From: Acidobacteriota bacterium
Lineage (GTDB): Bacteria; Acidobacteriota; UBA890; WLXD01
Reading direction: 5' to 3'
Assembly: GCA_965205505.1 (NCBI GenBank)
Contig: CBDBHB010000009.1
Span: 224,001 to 288,000, forward strand
DNA length: 64,000 bases
In this document: positions 42,700-55,245 of the stretch, one piece after another
How positions within the stretch are numbered: position 1 is the first letter of the stretch
Layout of the letters: every line of letters begins with the position of its first letter
Translations under genes and position numbers: made by a program
The notes under the pieces: generated by a model
What the model was told of the DNA's origin: nothing
Databases searched by the model: none
Seen by the model: only the letters and a program-made list of their open reading frames with translations

Positions 42700-43406
42700 C
42701 GCATGGGCGAGGAGATGCTGGGCTCGGTGAAGGTGAACACGGGCGCCACGATCCTGTTCGAGTTCAATGACGAGATGTGGGAGCTGGTGGAGGAGGTCGA
42801 CCCGCTGGAGGACAAGCTTCTGCGCTCCGGCCGAAGCACCGACGCCGGCTCGTACACCGACAACGGCGAGATGGTGTACCTCACCGAATACGGTACCCCG
42901 ATGTCCAAGCGGCTCACCTGTCCGGCCATCGGTGAGCGCGATCGGCAGCGGTTGCCCCGCATCCTGCCCGACCTCGCCCGGGTCCGCGAGACCGTCGATC
43001 CGTGCCTGGCGCACACGGCGGCGGAGTTCGACGACGAGAACGTCCCCGAGTACTTGCTGCGCGAGGTGGGCGAGGACTTCCTGGAGAACTACGTGGAGCC
43101 GGAGAGTACCGCGCCAGCTGGAGCTTGGAGCCGGAGGAGATCTCGAAGGCGTATTTCCTGTCGATTTCCCGATCATGATGGGCTCCTGCGCGTTCCTCAT
43201 GCCGGTGGCGAGCGTGAGCTTCGTGCGCAAGAACAGCTACGCGCTGCGCCCGTCGCTGGGCTTAGTTGCTCGGTGGCGTCCCGGCGGTGCTGGTCGCCGC
43301 CTTCGTGGTCGGCTCGCTACCGCTCACCGCCATCCGCTGGCTGGTGGTCGTGGTGGTGATCTACGTGGCGGTCTCGATGCTCGTCTCGGCGCGTGCCGAG
43401 ATCTAG
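42700..43406 (+). pseudogene. Mixed remnants: possible FAD oxidoreductase fragment, then a TauE/SafE-like membrane fragment
   Basis: NTGATILFEF..VGEDFLENYVEP followed by FPIMMGSCAFLMPVAS. Confidence 0.35.
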
Positions 43407-43410
43407 GAGG

Positions 43411-43720
43411 TCAGCAGCCGTGGCACGCTGAAGCCCCGCGCTCGGGCATGACAGGCAACACCAGATAGGACGGCGTCGGCCTGGAATGGTGGACGATTAT
43501 GTGAGCGACTTGCCAGGTGTCGCTCTCGTAGTTGCTCCCCCCGTGTTCAGGTTCCTGGCGAAGCGTGGGAAGTTGGAGCTTGAGACCTCCAGGCGAATGC
43601 GGTGCCCGGGCCTGAAGTAATTGGCCGTGGCACCGAGGCTCAGCCGTAGCTCGTAGACCTCGTCCGGTTGCAAAGGGACCTGCCGGTCGAACCCTCTCGG
43701 AAGCGCGCCTGTACGATCCC
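43411..43720 (-). pseudogene. Second CocE/NonD C-terminal remnant
   Basis: ATANYFRPGHRIRLEVSSSNFPRFARNLNTGG and PSYLVLPV. Confidence 0.8.
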
Positions 43721-43895
43721 TTCCTGGATGTTGAATAGGTCGCGGCGTCCTCGACGGGGCACAGCAACCAGTCACAGAGGACTGTGTCTTCCCGGGTGCG
43801 CCACGGTAAACTCCTGATGGTCAGTCCCCGCGCTCGACCTGATCTTTGTAGAATACGCCCCTCCACTCTGAGGACCAACTGAGGAACTCGCGCCG

Positions 43896-44267
43896 ATGAA
43901 GATCGCTTACGTTTTCGCCACATCAGGCCACACAGCCAGCTACAAGCTCGGGCAGATGATCCTTCCGCAGCTGGAGCAGGATGCCCACGGCGTCGATGTC
44001 GTGGGGATGATGTTCTTCGACGACAACACGTATCTGCTGCGGCAGGGCGATCCAATGGGAGAGCGTCTCTCGCGGGTCGCGCGGGAGAATGGGATTCTGC
44101 TTATGATGTGCGACACCTGCGCTGTCGAGCGCGGACTGGCTGCAGGCGAGACTTGGCCCGGCACGTGCGAGCCTCTGGGAACGGTCGAGGGAGTCCGTGT
44201 CGGTTGCTTTCCCGACCTGTACGAATGCCTGGCCGGCAACCCTCCTGACCAGGTGATCACGCTGTAA
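43896..44267 (+). CDS. DsrE-related protein, SaoD-like
   Basis: ILPQLE..HG..VVGMMFFDDN, CDTC, VGCFPDLY and PDQVITL; GAGG RBS. Confidence 0.75.
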   Translation: MKIAYVFATSGHTASYKLGQMILPQLEQDAHGVDVVGMMFFDDNTYLLRQGDPMGERLSRVARENGILLMMCDTCAVERGLAAGETWPGTCEPLGTVEGVRVGCFPDLYECLAGNPPDQVITL

Positions 44268-44716
44268 CCGGTCGCGGAATGCCCTTCGAGGGCCAGCCCG
44301 GGACCATCGCGGGCGCTTCCTCTATCGGAGCCGGCCTCCGCACTCGCGGGACGCTCCCTAGAAAGCGCTGCGGCTGCCCGGTCCACGGCGCGCTCGCGAA
44401 GACACCGAAAGCCCTCGCCTCGTGCTTGCTGCGCAACTCGAACGGATCCGTGACGCTACGGTAGGCCTCGACCGCGCCCGTCCCGAACTCGATGTGCTTC
44501 CAGGCTCAGGCGTCGTCGTCGGTGAAGCCCGGAGTCCCGAAAGTCTCCTGGGTGAGCAGGGCCACAAGGCCCATGCCGCCCCACCGCTGGACGGCTTGAC
44601 CGTTGCGCAAGGCCGTGTAATCGACCTGGTGCAAATCCTGGCCACTGCCGGAGCAGGAGGGCCGGAGGGGCGAGTCGAGCATTAGCCTCCTGGTTCGTAG
44701 TTTGCACCGAGGAACG

Positions 44717-45151
44717 TCACCAGTCGCGCCGCCCACACCCGGAACACGAGAGAGTCGCGTGCCGCCCGGCCACGTAGTTCGTGACCTCTAGGGTGTAGTA
44801 GCTTGCCCCTGTCGAGTTGTTCGTGGGAATCCGGATATCGAAAGTAGCTTGGCCTCTGTCGGGGACTGGACCGTAGCTATCAGCATCCTCAGCAAGCAGC
44901 ACGCCTGCTGCGCTGTAGACTTTCGCCCGAACTTTCGAAAGAGGGTTAATCGTCCTTCTCGACGTATTCTGCACCGTCCCACCGATGAAGTCGAGCACGA
45001 AGCTCGACACCCTGGTGATGTCGAACACCTTGACCTCGGTGCCATCGGTGCTGGGGGCGGTGCTCGGGGTGGAGCGGCAGGAGACGCAGTACAGGATGGC
45101 TGCGGTGACACTTACGCGGATCGCCGACCGCCTAATCAGCAGTTGCCGGGC
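44717..45151 (-). pseudogene. FxLYD-like Ig-fold protein, 5' end removed at the IS end
   Basis: GTVQNTS..VRAKVYSAAG..ATFDI; abuts the IS at 45152. Confidence 0.45.
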
Positions 45152-46364
45152 TGACCTGACCCCGCGGTTAGTACCACGTCTTATCTCAGTAACACGGTGC
45201 CGACAAGGGGTTGTTGAAGCCGGCGGAGCGTAGCGGAGCCGGGTTCAACAACAGCGCCTTAGGGGCCGGTGGTCAATAGCCCAGCGAGCTGTGCGGTCGA
45301 ACTCGGTTGTACTGCTGCCGCCACCTCTCGATCAGAACCCGTGCCTGCTTGAGCGTGTAGAAGATCTCCCGGTCCAGCAGTTCGTCGCGGAGCTTGCCGT
45401 TGAAGCTCTCCACGTAACCGTTGTCCCACGGCGAGCCCGGCTCGATCAACAGCGTGCCCACGCCGAGTCGGCCCAGCCAGTCGCGAACGGCCGCGGCAGT
45501 GAACTCAGGTCCGTTATCCGACCTGATGTGATCGGGTATTGCCCGGTGCACGAACAGCCACCCGAGCCGCTCGAGCACTTGCTCGGAGTTGAGCTTGCGC
45601 GCCACGTCGATCGCCAGGCTCTCGCGGGTGTACTCGTCCACGATCGTCAACATCCTCATGGACCGGCCATCGTGCGTCCGGTCATGGATGAAGTCATACG
45701 CCCACACGTGGTTCTTGCGCTCCGGTCGCAGCCGGATACACGAGCCATCGTTGAACCAGAGCCGGGCTCGTTTGGGCTGCCTCTTCGGCACTTTCAGGCC
45801 TTCGCTACGCCAGATCCGCTGCACTCGTTTGTGGTTCACGAGCCAGCCCTCCATGCGCATCAACGCCGTCACCCTCCGGTACCCATAACGTCCATACTCC
45901 CGAGCTAACTCCACGATCCTGTCCCTCACCAGTTGCTCGTCGTCCGCCGGCCTCGGCACGTATCGCGGTGTCGTCCTGGGCTGCCTGAGCACCCGGCAGG
46001 ATCGTCTTTCGGTTACGCCCAGCTGCCGTCGTACGTGAGCTACCGCCTCGCGCCGACGTGCTGGGCTCAGAAGTTTCCCTCCGCGACCTCCTTGAGGATC
46101 GCCAGGTCGAGCTCCTTGTCCGCCACCAGCTTCTTGAGCCGGGAGTTGTCCTTCTCGAGCTGTTTGAGCTTCCGCGCCTGGTTCAGCTTCAGCCCGCCGT
46201 ACTCGCGCCGCCACCGGTAGTAGGTGTGCTCGGTTATCGCTAGCTTGCGACAGGCATCCTTGACCGTCGCGCCTCGCGCCAGCTCCACTTAACCCTCCCG
46301 GAGCTTGCGCACGATCTGCTCGGCGCTGTGCCTCTTGACCGGCATTCTGACCTCCCTTTCTGGT
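45152..46364 (-). mobile_element. IS3-family (IS407-like) element, degenerate
   Basis: Right end TGACCTGACCCC; orfA 46067..46345 with an internal TAA; orfB WAYDF, SDNGPEF, ESFNG; left end cut by the next IS. Confidence 0.9.
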
Positions 46365-46966
46365 TGACCCAAACCCCGAAAACGGTGCCAGGTTGATGTT
46401 TAGGAAATCGGTGTACCGTCGTCCTCCAAGCAGGAGGACAGATGAAGCGGAAGAGGTACACGGACGAGCAGATCGCCTACGCGCTGCGGCAGGCTGAGGC
46501 GGGCACGCCGATCAAGGAGGTGTGTCGCAAGCTGGGCGTCAGCGAGCAGACGTTCTACACGTGGCGCCGCAAGTTCGCCGGGATGGGCGTGGCCGAACTT
46601 CGGGAGCTACGACAACTCCGCCATGAGAACCGGAAGTTGAAGCAGCTGGTGGCAGATCTGAGCTTGGACAAGCACATGCTCCAGGAGGTGCTGTCAAAAA
46701 AGGTGTGAAGCCGGCGCGCAAGCGCGAGGTGGTGCGGTACCTGCAGGACGGGTTCCGTGTCAGTGAGCGTCGAGCGTGTCGGCTGATCGAGTTGTCGCGC
46801 ACCAGCCATCGGTATCAGAGCACAAGGACGGACGACCCCGTGCTGCGGCGTCGTCTTGGCGAGCTCGCCGCGGCGCGTCCGCGGTTCGGGTATCGGAGGT
46901 TGTGCGTGTTGCTACGCCGCGAGGGATGGGTAGTGAACCAGAAGCGCGTGTATCGGATCTATCGAA
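46365..46966 (+). mobile_element. IS3-family (IS407-like) element, 3'-truncated (orfA 46442..46708)
   Basis: MKRKRYTDEQI orfA; AAAAAAG slip site; orfB stops after the HTH region. Confidence 0.9.
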
Positions 46967-47119
46967 TAGTCCCTCAAGCTAGTCTCTTAGAAAACGCTGA
47001 TCTTCACTGGGTCCGATCCCGAAGAACTCGCCAGGCCTCGTTCACGCCCTAGCCCACTGCACGCTGGACGGCCTACGCTCGACGTGCCGAGGACGCCGAG
47101 CGCGACCGCGTGAATATTG

Positions 47120-47262
47120 TACGGCCTTCCATCCGCAGCAAGGCCGTGACCCTCCGGTATCCGTATCGGCCGTATTGCTGCGCCAACTGGATGATCCTGT
47201 CGGTAAGGACGTGCTCGTCGGTTAGCGGTTTCGGCACATACCGCTGCGTCGTGTGCGGCTGC
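47120..47262 (-). mobile_element. IS3 orfB fragment
   Basis: DRIIQLAQQYGRYGYRRVTALLRMEG. Confidence 0.75.
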
Positions 47263-47409
47263 GCATCAGCATCCGGAAGTTTCGGAGAGGAGCGCTAAGC
47301 TAGCAGACACATGGCTGGATGCAACGATGGAGATTGCGCGGCCCTGGTATACACGGCTCTCACGTTCTGATTCCCGCCGATCCTGGTTCGCTGAGCCGGT
47401 CTATCTCGG

Positions 47410-47631
47410 CTAACTGCGACGCTGTGCCCCTCGTGGGATCTCACCCGCACGGTTCTCTTGGGCAGCTCGCCTTGAGTTGAGTTCCAGCCGCCGCGCCAGC
47501 ACCTCATCGCGGACTCCGTCAGGCCAGCGGTAGCGAGAGAGTTTCTTCTTGCGGCCCCACTCTTCCTCGTCGATCTCGTAATCGCTACCGAGGCAACTCC
47601 AGTCGACCATCTGCACTTCCTCCGCTAGCAT
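47410..47631 (-). pseudogene. Type IIG-like restriction-methylase C-terminal remnant
   Basis: RYRWPDGVRDEVLAR.LELN..RA..E tail motif, recognised from memory. Confidence 0.55.
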
Positions 47632-47731
47632 CGCGACGCCATGCTCGCCGAGTTGAAAGCCTCTGTCCGCGAGTAGCGCGAGTTTGTTCAGGCTGCGGCG
47701 CTGGCGGAGCGCCCGCTAGGGCACCGCCACG

Positions 47732-48676
47732 TTGCCCATAGTCGAGGTCGGGGAAGGGGGGAAGGTGAGCATACAAGACGTCTTGGTCAATACCTCAAGC
47801 TTCGATACTGACTTGATGATTCGGTTTCCGTCGCCGATGAGCAGGATCAGCCTTGGGCATGACGTGTATGTCGATTTTCTTGAGAGTGATATCTTCGGAT
47901 GCGTGGTAACCGCGTGTGATCCGCCTGGGTACAAATACGATCTCGTCGGAACTCGGGGGCAGGTATATAGCTTTATTCGTGAGAACCCGCCAGAAAACAC
48001 GCAATGGGATCCGGACGGGCGGCTTCAGGAAGTTGTGGCATTGTCTCGGCTGATTGTCCCCAGCCCGGTGGGATTGAGGTACGGTGCCAGAGTACATTAG
48101 GCCGCCTCGGGGGAAATTGAGAGGGTCGTTCCCGCTGATATCCACGGCCTGGGCGACGCAGCGTTCGTAGCCGACCCGAGGAGTCGCACTTGGTTGACGG
48201 CTGATGAGTTCGGTGAACTGCGCTGTCTTTTTCGGCTCTTTCGGCAGAGGAAACTACCGCTTCGAGTAACGCGCGCGATGTTCTACCTGGAGTACGCGTT
48301 CCGCATATTCGAGATCGATGTTCGCTGGGTGCTCGTCGTCACCGGACTGGAGGCGCTGGTGCACACAGATCAACATGCCTCAGGCAGGCAGTTCGTACAG
48401 CGGACCGCCGCCCTAGCCTCGGAAGCAGGGGTAACAATCTACGACGAGAATGTCGCCCGTAGCTGCTGGGACCAGAGATGCGAGGGTGTTCATGGTGGTC
48501 CGTTTCTTAGCGCGGACGCAACACTTTCGCCAGAGAACAGTGTCCTCGCCGACTACAAGAGTATGGAGTCCGTTCTTCGATTGAGCGTGCGGCGGGCAAT
48601 CGAGGACTCTGAGCTACACGCAATCTTCAGTGACTATGAGGCTATTCGAAGGCGGTGGCCGGTCAAAGGCTGTTGA
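47732..48676 (+). pseudogene. ApeA-like HEPN domain protein with in-frame TAG at 48098-48100
   Basis: Two same-frame ORFs separated by one TAG; VTGLEAL and RCEGVHG (Rx4H). Confidence 0.65.
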
Positions 48677-48707
48677 GCGCCGCACCTGCATCACCGCTCG
48701 CATCGCC

Positions 48708-49253
48708 CTACCGATGCGGCGCTCGCCAGATCACGTCGCCGTCCTCGTCGTAGAGAACCACCGCGGCCCGATAGCGCGTTTCGGCCCCCGTTGATGGTGT
48801 TACTAGCTCGACCGCACCGAGCTCAGCCCTCGTCTGCCCGTTCTCGTCGTAGTATCGGATGCCGTCGTGGGTAATGCTGACCCGCAGGTCCGAACGGTAG
48901 ATCTCCGTGAGCACCGCGCGTAATTCTTCACCGGTCATGGTTTCCAAGTTCTCGACTAGCTGCTGCGGCAGCGGTTTCACGTGTTCGTCGTAGTAGGTGA
49001 TCCCTCCTGCATTCATGCTGGCTCGCTCGGCGCCGCCCTCGTCGATCACCGCGAACGCCCGAGCCTGAATCACCTGCGGGATCTCTTGCGGCATCGCACC
49101 GAGCAGCGTGACCGCCAGCAGCGCGCCGACCACAGCGCCGGCCGAGAGCTTCAGCCTCCGAACGTCGCGCTCGAGCTTCTCTACCCTGGCATCATGCATG
49201 CCTCGATCCGACACGTGGTTGCGGGCATTGCGCCCCAGAGACAGGAACCTCAA
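48708..49253 (-). CDS. Hypothetical membrane-anchored protein
   Basis: Coiled-coil + TM + repeated GI.YYDE.G beta motif. Confidence 0.6.
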   Translation of the reverse strand: MRFLSLGRNARNHVSDRGMHDARVEKLERDVRRLKLSAGAVVGALLAVTLLGAMPQEIPQVIQARAFAVIDEGGAERASMNAGGITYYDEHVKPLPQQLVENLETMTGEELRAVLTEIYRSDLRVSITHDGIRYYDENGQTRAELGAVELVTPSTGAETRYRAAVVLYDEDGDVIWRAPHR

Positions 49254-49289
49254 TCAATCTGGTCCTGGAGGCGGGGAAGCGACTGAACC

Positions 49290-50159
49290 GTGACAATTGA
49301 TTTGTCGGACGGCTTCCCTTACTTGCTACTCTGGGTGGCACTGGGAATGGCGATGTTCCAGGGTGGTCGTTGGGGGTGGCCGATCTTCGCAGGTCTTTCC
49401 CTCGTCGCCGCGATCGTCGCTGGCATTGTCGAATGGGCAGGGCTAGTGGTGATCGCCCTGTTCACGGGGGGGTGCCTCGCGGCCGTGCGACCGACGCTTC
49501 CCACCGCCGTGCGCACATTGGCATGGAACGTAGTTGTGATCTGTGCCATCGCTCTAGCCGCCCATCAAGTGCCGTGGATCCATAACGTTCTCCTCTTCGA
49601 TGCCGTGGCTGTATCACCCTCGGCAGAGCATTACACGCTGTACTGGAACTACGACAAAGCATTGGTTGGCGTGTTGCTCTACTCGGTGTGTGTGCAGCCG
49701 CAGCGAAGGACGGAATGGAATAGCGCGATCGTTGCCACCGCGGCGACCGCTGTCCTCACCCTTGTCTTGGTCGGCGTGTCTGCCCTGGCGATGGAGTTCG
49801 TAGCTTGGGACCCGAAATGGCCAGCTATCCTAGCCATGTGGGTGCCGGCCAATCTGTTAGTGACATGCCTCGCCGAGGAGACGTTTTTCCGCGGGCTCTT
49901 GCAGCGCCATCTAGCGGAAGCTTTGTTCAATAGGGTTCCGTACGCAGGTCTCGTGGCACTGCTCGTCGCCGCGGCCGCATTTGGCGCGGCACACATCGCT
50001 GGCGGCGTTGCGTATGCCACGCTAGCCACACTCGCCGGCATAGGCTACGGCGCCGCCTACCACCTCACCCAGCGTGTCGAAGCGAGCATCTTGGTCCACT
50101 TCACCCTTAACTCGGTGCACTTGATGTTGTTTAGCTACCCGTTCGTTGCATTGGGCTGA
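49290..50159 (+). CDS. CPBP (CAAX/Abi) intramembrane metalloprotease
   Basis: EETFFRG, FGAAH and HFTLN motifs. Confidence 0.92.
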   Translation: MTIDLSDGFPYLLLWVALGMAMFQGGRWGWPIFAGLSLVAAIVAGIVEWAGLVVIALFTGGCLAAVRPTLPTAVRTLAWNVVVICAIALAAHQVPWIHNVLLFDAVAVSPSAEHYTLYWNYDKALVGVLLYSVCVQPQRRTEWNSAIVATAATAVLTLVLVGVSALAMEFVAWDPKWPAILAMWVPANLLVTCLAEETFFRGLLQRHLAEALFNRVPYAGLVALLVAAAAFGAAHIAGGVAYATLATLAGIGYGAAYHLTQRVEASILVHFTLNSVHLMLFSYPFVALG

Positions 50160-50171
50160 AGGCCGGGCCGC

Positions 50172-50460
50172 TCAGGCGTCGGCGCGCCAGGCAAAGCGCG
50201 TGTAGTCGACCTCCGCGGTGTTGAACCAATGGTCGGAGATCTCCTTGTCCTGTTTCCACTGCTCGTAGATCTTCCGGTACCCGGCGTCGGCCGCCGCCTG
50301 CTGCTCGAACAGGTCGAACGATGCCTCGCGCGCCGCGCTCCAGCGCCTGGTAAATCTCGCCGCCAGCGAGCACCTGCACCGCCACGCCCAGGCGGCAACA
50401 TCCACGGCGGTCATCCAGTTCTGTCCGGCCAAAGCGGGCGGGGCGGGTCATGGCTTGCAT
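50172..50460 (-). pseudogene. TRAP solute-binding (DctP-like) remnant
   Basis: VQVLAGGEIYQALE and AAREASFDLFEQQAAADAGYRKIY. Confidence 0.6.
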
Positions 50461-50464
50461 AGGG

Positions 50465-50503
50465 AGCCCCTCGCTTTAAGGTTCCGGGCGAGGGGCTTTT
50501 CTT
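50465..50503 (+). terminator. Rho-independent terminator-like hairpin
   Basis: AGCCCCTCGC / GCGAGGGGCT 10-bp stem followed by a T-rich tail. Confidence 0.6.
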
Positions 50504-50819
50504 ATGGCCTTACGGCAAAAGGAAAGCAAGGGAGACGCGCCGACGCGGCTCTCCTTATCGACGCGGCTCCCCGATGCTCCACCTTGACGGTCCGGTGCCC
50601 TTGAAACCGTCAAGAGGAGCGAACCTCACGGAATGGACGCGACGATCAGGATGATAACCAGATCGTTTCGCAGGGCCGGGTCGTCGACCTGGTAAAGCTT
50701 CTGGCCGCTGCGTCGGCACGGGAGCTTTCGATTGCGGCGCCATCGCGGAACCAGAAGCAGCTTTCGTACTAGCTGGCGCTCCACGCTGGGGCGCTAACCT
50801 TACGTGGCAGCCAGAAAGC

Positions 50820-51110
50820 TCACCGCTTGGCCGCACTCTCTAGTAGATCCCGAAGCTCACCCGCCGTCTTGATGACGCGATCCGTGCGGTAGAGGTCTGG
50901 ATGCTTTTGGTCGGCGGCATAGCGTGTCGGCTCGTGGGTCGTGGCGTTTACCACCCACGACTTACGCGGTGAGCGGTCGCCTAGCGCACGTCCCACATTC
51001 ACCGGATGCATTCCGATGACTTCACCGACCGCCCCATACGTTGCGCGGACGCGCTTCCGGATTAGGCACTCCAGAATTCGATCCAACAGGAGTTGCGCCG
51101 TTAACTTGAG
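50820..51110 (-). CDS. Small hypothetical protein, Atl/MGMT-like HTH
   Basis: ATYGAVGEVIG..VGRALG..WVVN; start uncertain. Confidence 0.5.
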   Translation of the reverse strand, partial: LKLTAQLLLDRILECLIRKRVRATYGAVGEVIGMHPVNVGRALGDRSPRKSWVVNATTHEPTRYAADQKHPDLYRTDRVIKTAGELRDLLESAAKR

Positions 51111-51421
51111 TGCACACCTGTACGCGGGCGCACCGCCTATCCGACCGGAGCCCGAAGAATTAGGGATATGGGTCAGCACGGATTGAGTCGCTGTGAAGCG
51201 TCGCTGAGAACACGGCCATCAACAGACCGGTGCGCTCTTCGCGTGTCGACTCGCGCAGGCCAAGTACGCCGCCAGTTCGGAGTCGTCCCTGCCCCGCGCC
51301 CGGCGCTCGAACAGGGCCCGGGCGCTGTTGGACCGGCCCAGCCGTTGGCCGAGGCCTGCGACATGCGGTGGTCCGCGACATCCCTTTACGGAAATCGTAA
51401 CAGGGCGTAGGATCGGAGTAC

Positions 51422-51700
51422 ATGATACGAGGCTTCAAGGACCGGAGAACGCGGCGTTTCTTCGAGGGGCGGCGCGTCGCGGCGTTCCATAGCTTCTCGG
51501 ATCAGGCGGTGCGCCGACTGACCCTGCTGGACAGCGCGGAAACGCTCGGCGACCTGGCCGCGCTGCCGAGCAACCGGCTGGAGGCCCTGCGAGGCGACCG
51601 CGCCGGGGAGCACAGCATCCGGATCAACGCGCAGTGGCGTATCTGCTTCCGTTGGACCGACGACGGGCCGTGCGAGGTCGAGATAGTGGATTATCATTGA
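51422..51700 (+). CDS. higB: HigB toxin (RelE/ParE family)
   Basis: NRLEALRGDRAGEHSIRINAQWRICFRW..EIVDYH. Confidence 0.95.
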   Translation: MIRGFKDRRTRRFFEGRRVAAFHSFSDQAVRRLTLLDSAETLGDLAALPSNRLEALRGDRAGEHSIRINAQWRICFRWTDDGPCEVEIVDYH

Positions 51701-51712
51701 GAGGCATGTGAC

Positions 51713-52018
51713 ATGAATGTGAGGAACGGCATGAGATCGGTGCACCCGGGCGAAATCCTGCGCGAGGAACTCGACGAACTCGGGCTGTCGGCCAACGCGC
51801 TGTCCAAGGCGCTCGGCGTGCCGGTCAACCGGGTGACGATGATCCTGAACGGCCAGCGGGGCGTGAGCGCAGACACGGCGCTCCGGTTGGCCCGGTATTT
51901 CGGGACGACGCCGCAGCTTTGGTTGAATCTTCAGAAGACCTGGGAGCTTCGGCGAGCGGAGATCGAGGCGGGTCGGGAGATCACCAAGCAGGTCACGCCC
52001 CGGCATGCGGTGGTGTAG
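51713..52018 (+). CDS. higA: HigA antitoxin
   Basis: HPGEILREE..ADTALRLARYFGTTPQLWLNLQ. Confidence 0.95.
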   Translation: MNVRNGMRSVHPGEILREELDELGLSANALSKALGVPVNRVTMILNGQRGVSADTALRLARYFGTTPQLWLNLQKTWELRRAEIEAGREITKQVTPRHAVV

Positions 52019-52663
52019 CGGAGGCGTGACGAATCCCCGTCCCCGCGCCGCTGGCGCTCACGGGGGCGAGACGATGGCTCCGCCACGCCGGATCAGCATG
52101 GACGCCGATGGCTGTCGCTGGATGCGGGTGCGGTGTTGGGGCAACTCACGAGTTACGACCGGATCTTCCGGTCCCGGGCGGCGAAACGAGACTCCGGAGG
52201 CGCGGTTTGCGAGTCCGGCAGGCCAGCCAAGCACTATCGATCGGCAGTCACTGCCTCGCCCGGATCTCGCTCAAGCGTGGCCAGCCAAGCCTTGGTTCCA
52301 GGCTATGCGCCACTTGCCGATGATCTCGATTGTCGCTCCCCTGATGTCGGGTGACCCTGGCGGAGAGGCAAGGGTAACTCCGCGTGGCGGCTCTCGGGTG
52401 ATCTACGGCGGCTGGCTGTGCTCGGCCATGAAGTAGCGCAGGGAACGAGGGTCGGGTACTGGACGGCACTGCAGCGCACCGTTCAATATCGGCCCGGTCC
52501 AGGCTTCCCGCTGCCGAGAAATGGACACCGAATCGCACGCCGCGCTTCGGTCGCTCACGCTTCAACCGCCCGAGCTGCTCCCGCATCTCGGTAAGCCAGT
52601 GAGGCGTCGGTCAAGTTCGCTTCGGCCCCAAGGCACGCGACTACCGCGCCCCCGTGATCGTAT

Positions 52664-52897
52664 TTCCCTGTTCCGGCGCACGGATTTCCCTGTTCGGCCG
52701 CAGAAATTCCCTGTTCGATGCCAGCAAATTCCCTGTTCCGGAGCGTAGGGAATTCGGACCCTAAGCCCCATTATATCAGTGGCTTAGGAGCCCTCGATCC
52801 GGCCGATTTGGGGCCAAATCGATAAAAGTCCCTGTTTTTCCCCGTTTAACAGGGAAATCGGGCAGAGACAGGTTCGCTCCAGACTGCGTGCACCGCC
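52664..52897. repeat. Phased TTCCCTGTT array, palindromes and putative att junction downstream of the serine recombinase
   Basis: Copies at 52664, 52686, 52707 and 52729; further direct and inverted copies up to ~52858. Confidence 0.85.
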
Positions 52898-53106
52898 TAC
52901 CACTTGAGCCATTGAGATTACTGCGGGAGTTATCAAGACCGCCGCCTATATCCCTTTTATTCTCAGGACTTTAGCGTCACTCGATGCTGCCCCTGAAGCC
53001 AACAGAGACACCACGGTGCGCTCCGGCGCCAGCTTGCGGCGCCGATGTCTCTCGAGCCCCTTGCGGTGGTACGGGTTTTTGGCCGTTGACGGTGCCCATT
53101 CAAAGA

Positions 53107-54842
<1,736 letters not shown>

Positions 54843-54846
<4 letters not shown>

Positions 54847-54960
54847 GGCGAGCCCTTGGCGCGCGGCGCTCCCTGAACGCCGAAGAAGCGGGGGCCGGAC
54901 CAATGGGCGCCGATGATACGCCGGGCGATACTGCTCAAGGAGCGATACAGCTTACCCCGA
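54843..54960 (-). pseudogene. DUF2924 C-terminal remnant
   Basis: GKLYRSLSSIARRIIGAHWSGPRFFG. Confidence 0.8.
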
Positions 54961-55225
54961 GTCCGATCCCCGCCGTCCAGGCTTCGCGGCGGTAGCCTAG
55001 CCGCCAGAGCCGCCGACACCCGAGGGCGAGCGGCAGGCCGCAGGGCGCGACCACGATCAGGGATTGCGCCGCCATTAGCATCATCATCAGCCACATCTCT
55101 GGCTCCGCCCACGGCCCGTTCCCAGGCGCGAAGCGCACCCACGCGGTCGCGACCACTCCTGCTGGCAGCCACAGCAGCGCCAGTGGCCAGAAGCCCTGCT
55201 GCCCGATGAGTCTCCGCTTTCCCAT
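54935..55225 (-). pseudogene. Truncated membrane protein
   Basis: Hydrophobic ORF running into the DUF2924 remnant. Confidence 0.45.
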
Positions 55226-55245
55226 GCCTCAGCTAACTCCAACCC

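Noticed and set aside
44270-44700. Selenoprotein, from an in-frame TGA at ~44506 next to the saoD-like gene
   Set aside because: No Cys/Sec-like context or clear SECIS, and the region looks degraded.
52664-52737. CRISPR array
   Set aside because: Repeats are 9 bp with 12-13 bp spacers, and there are no cas genes.
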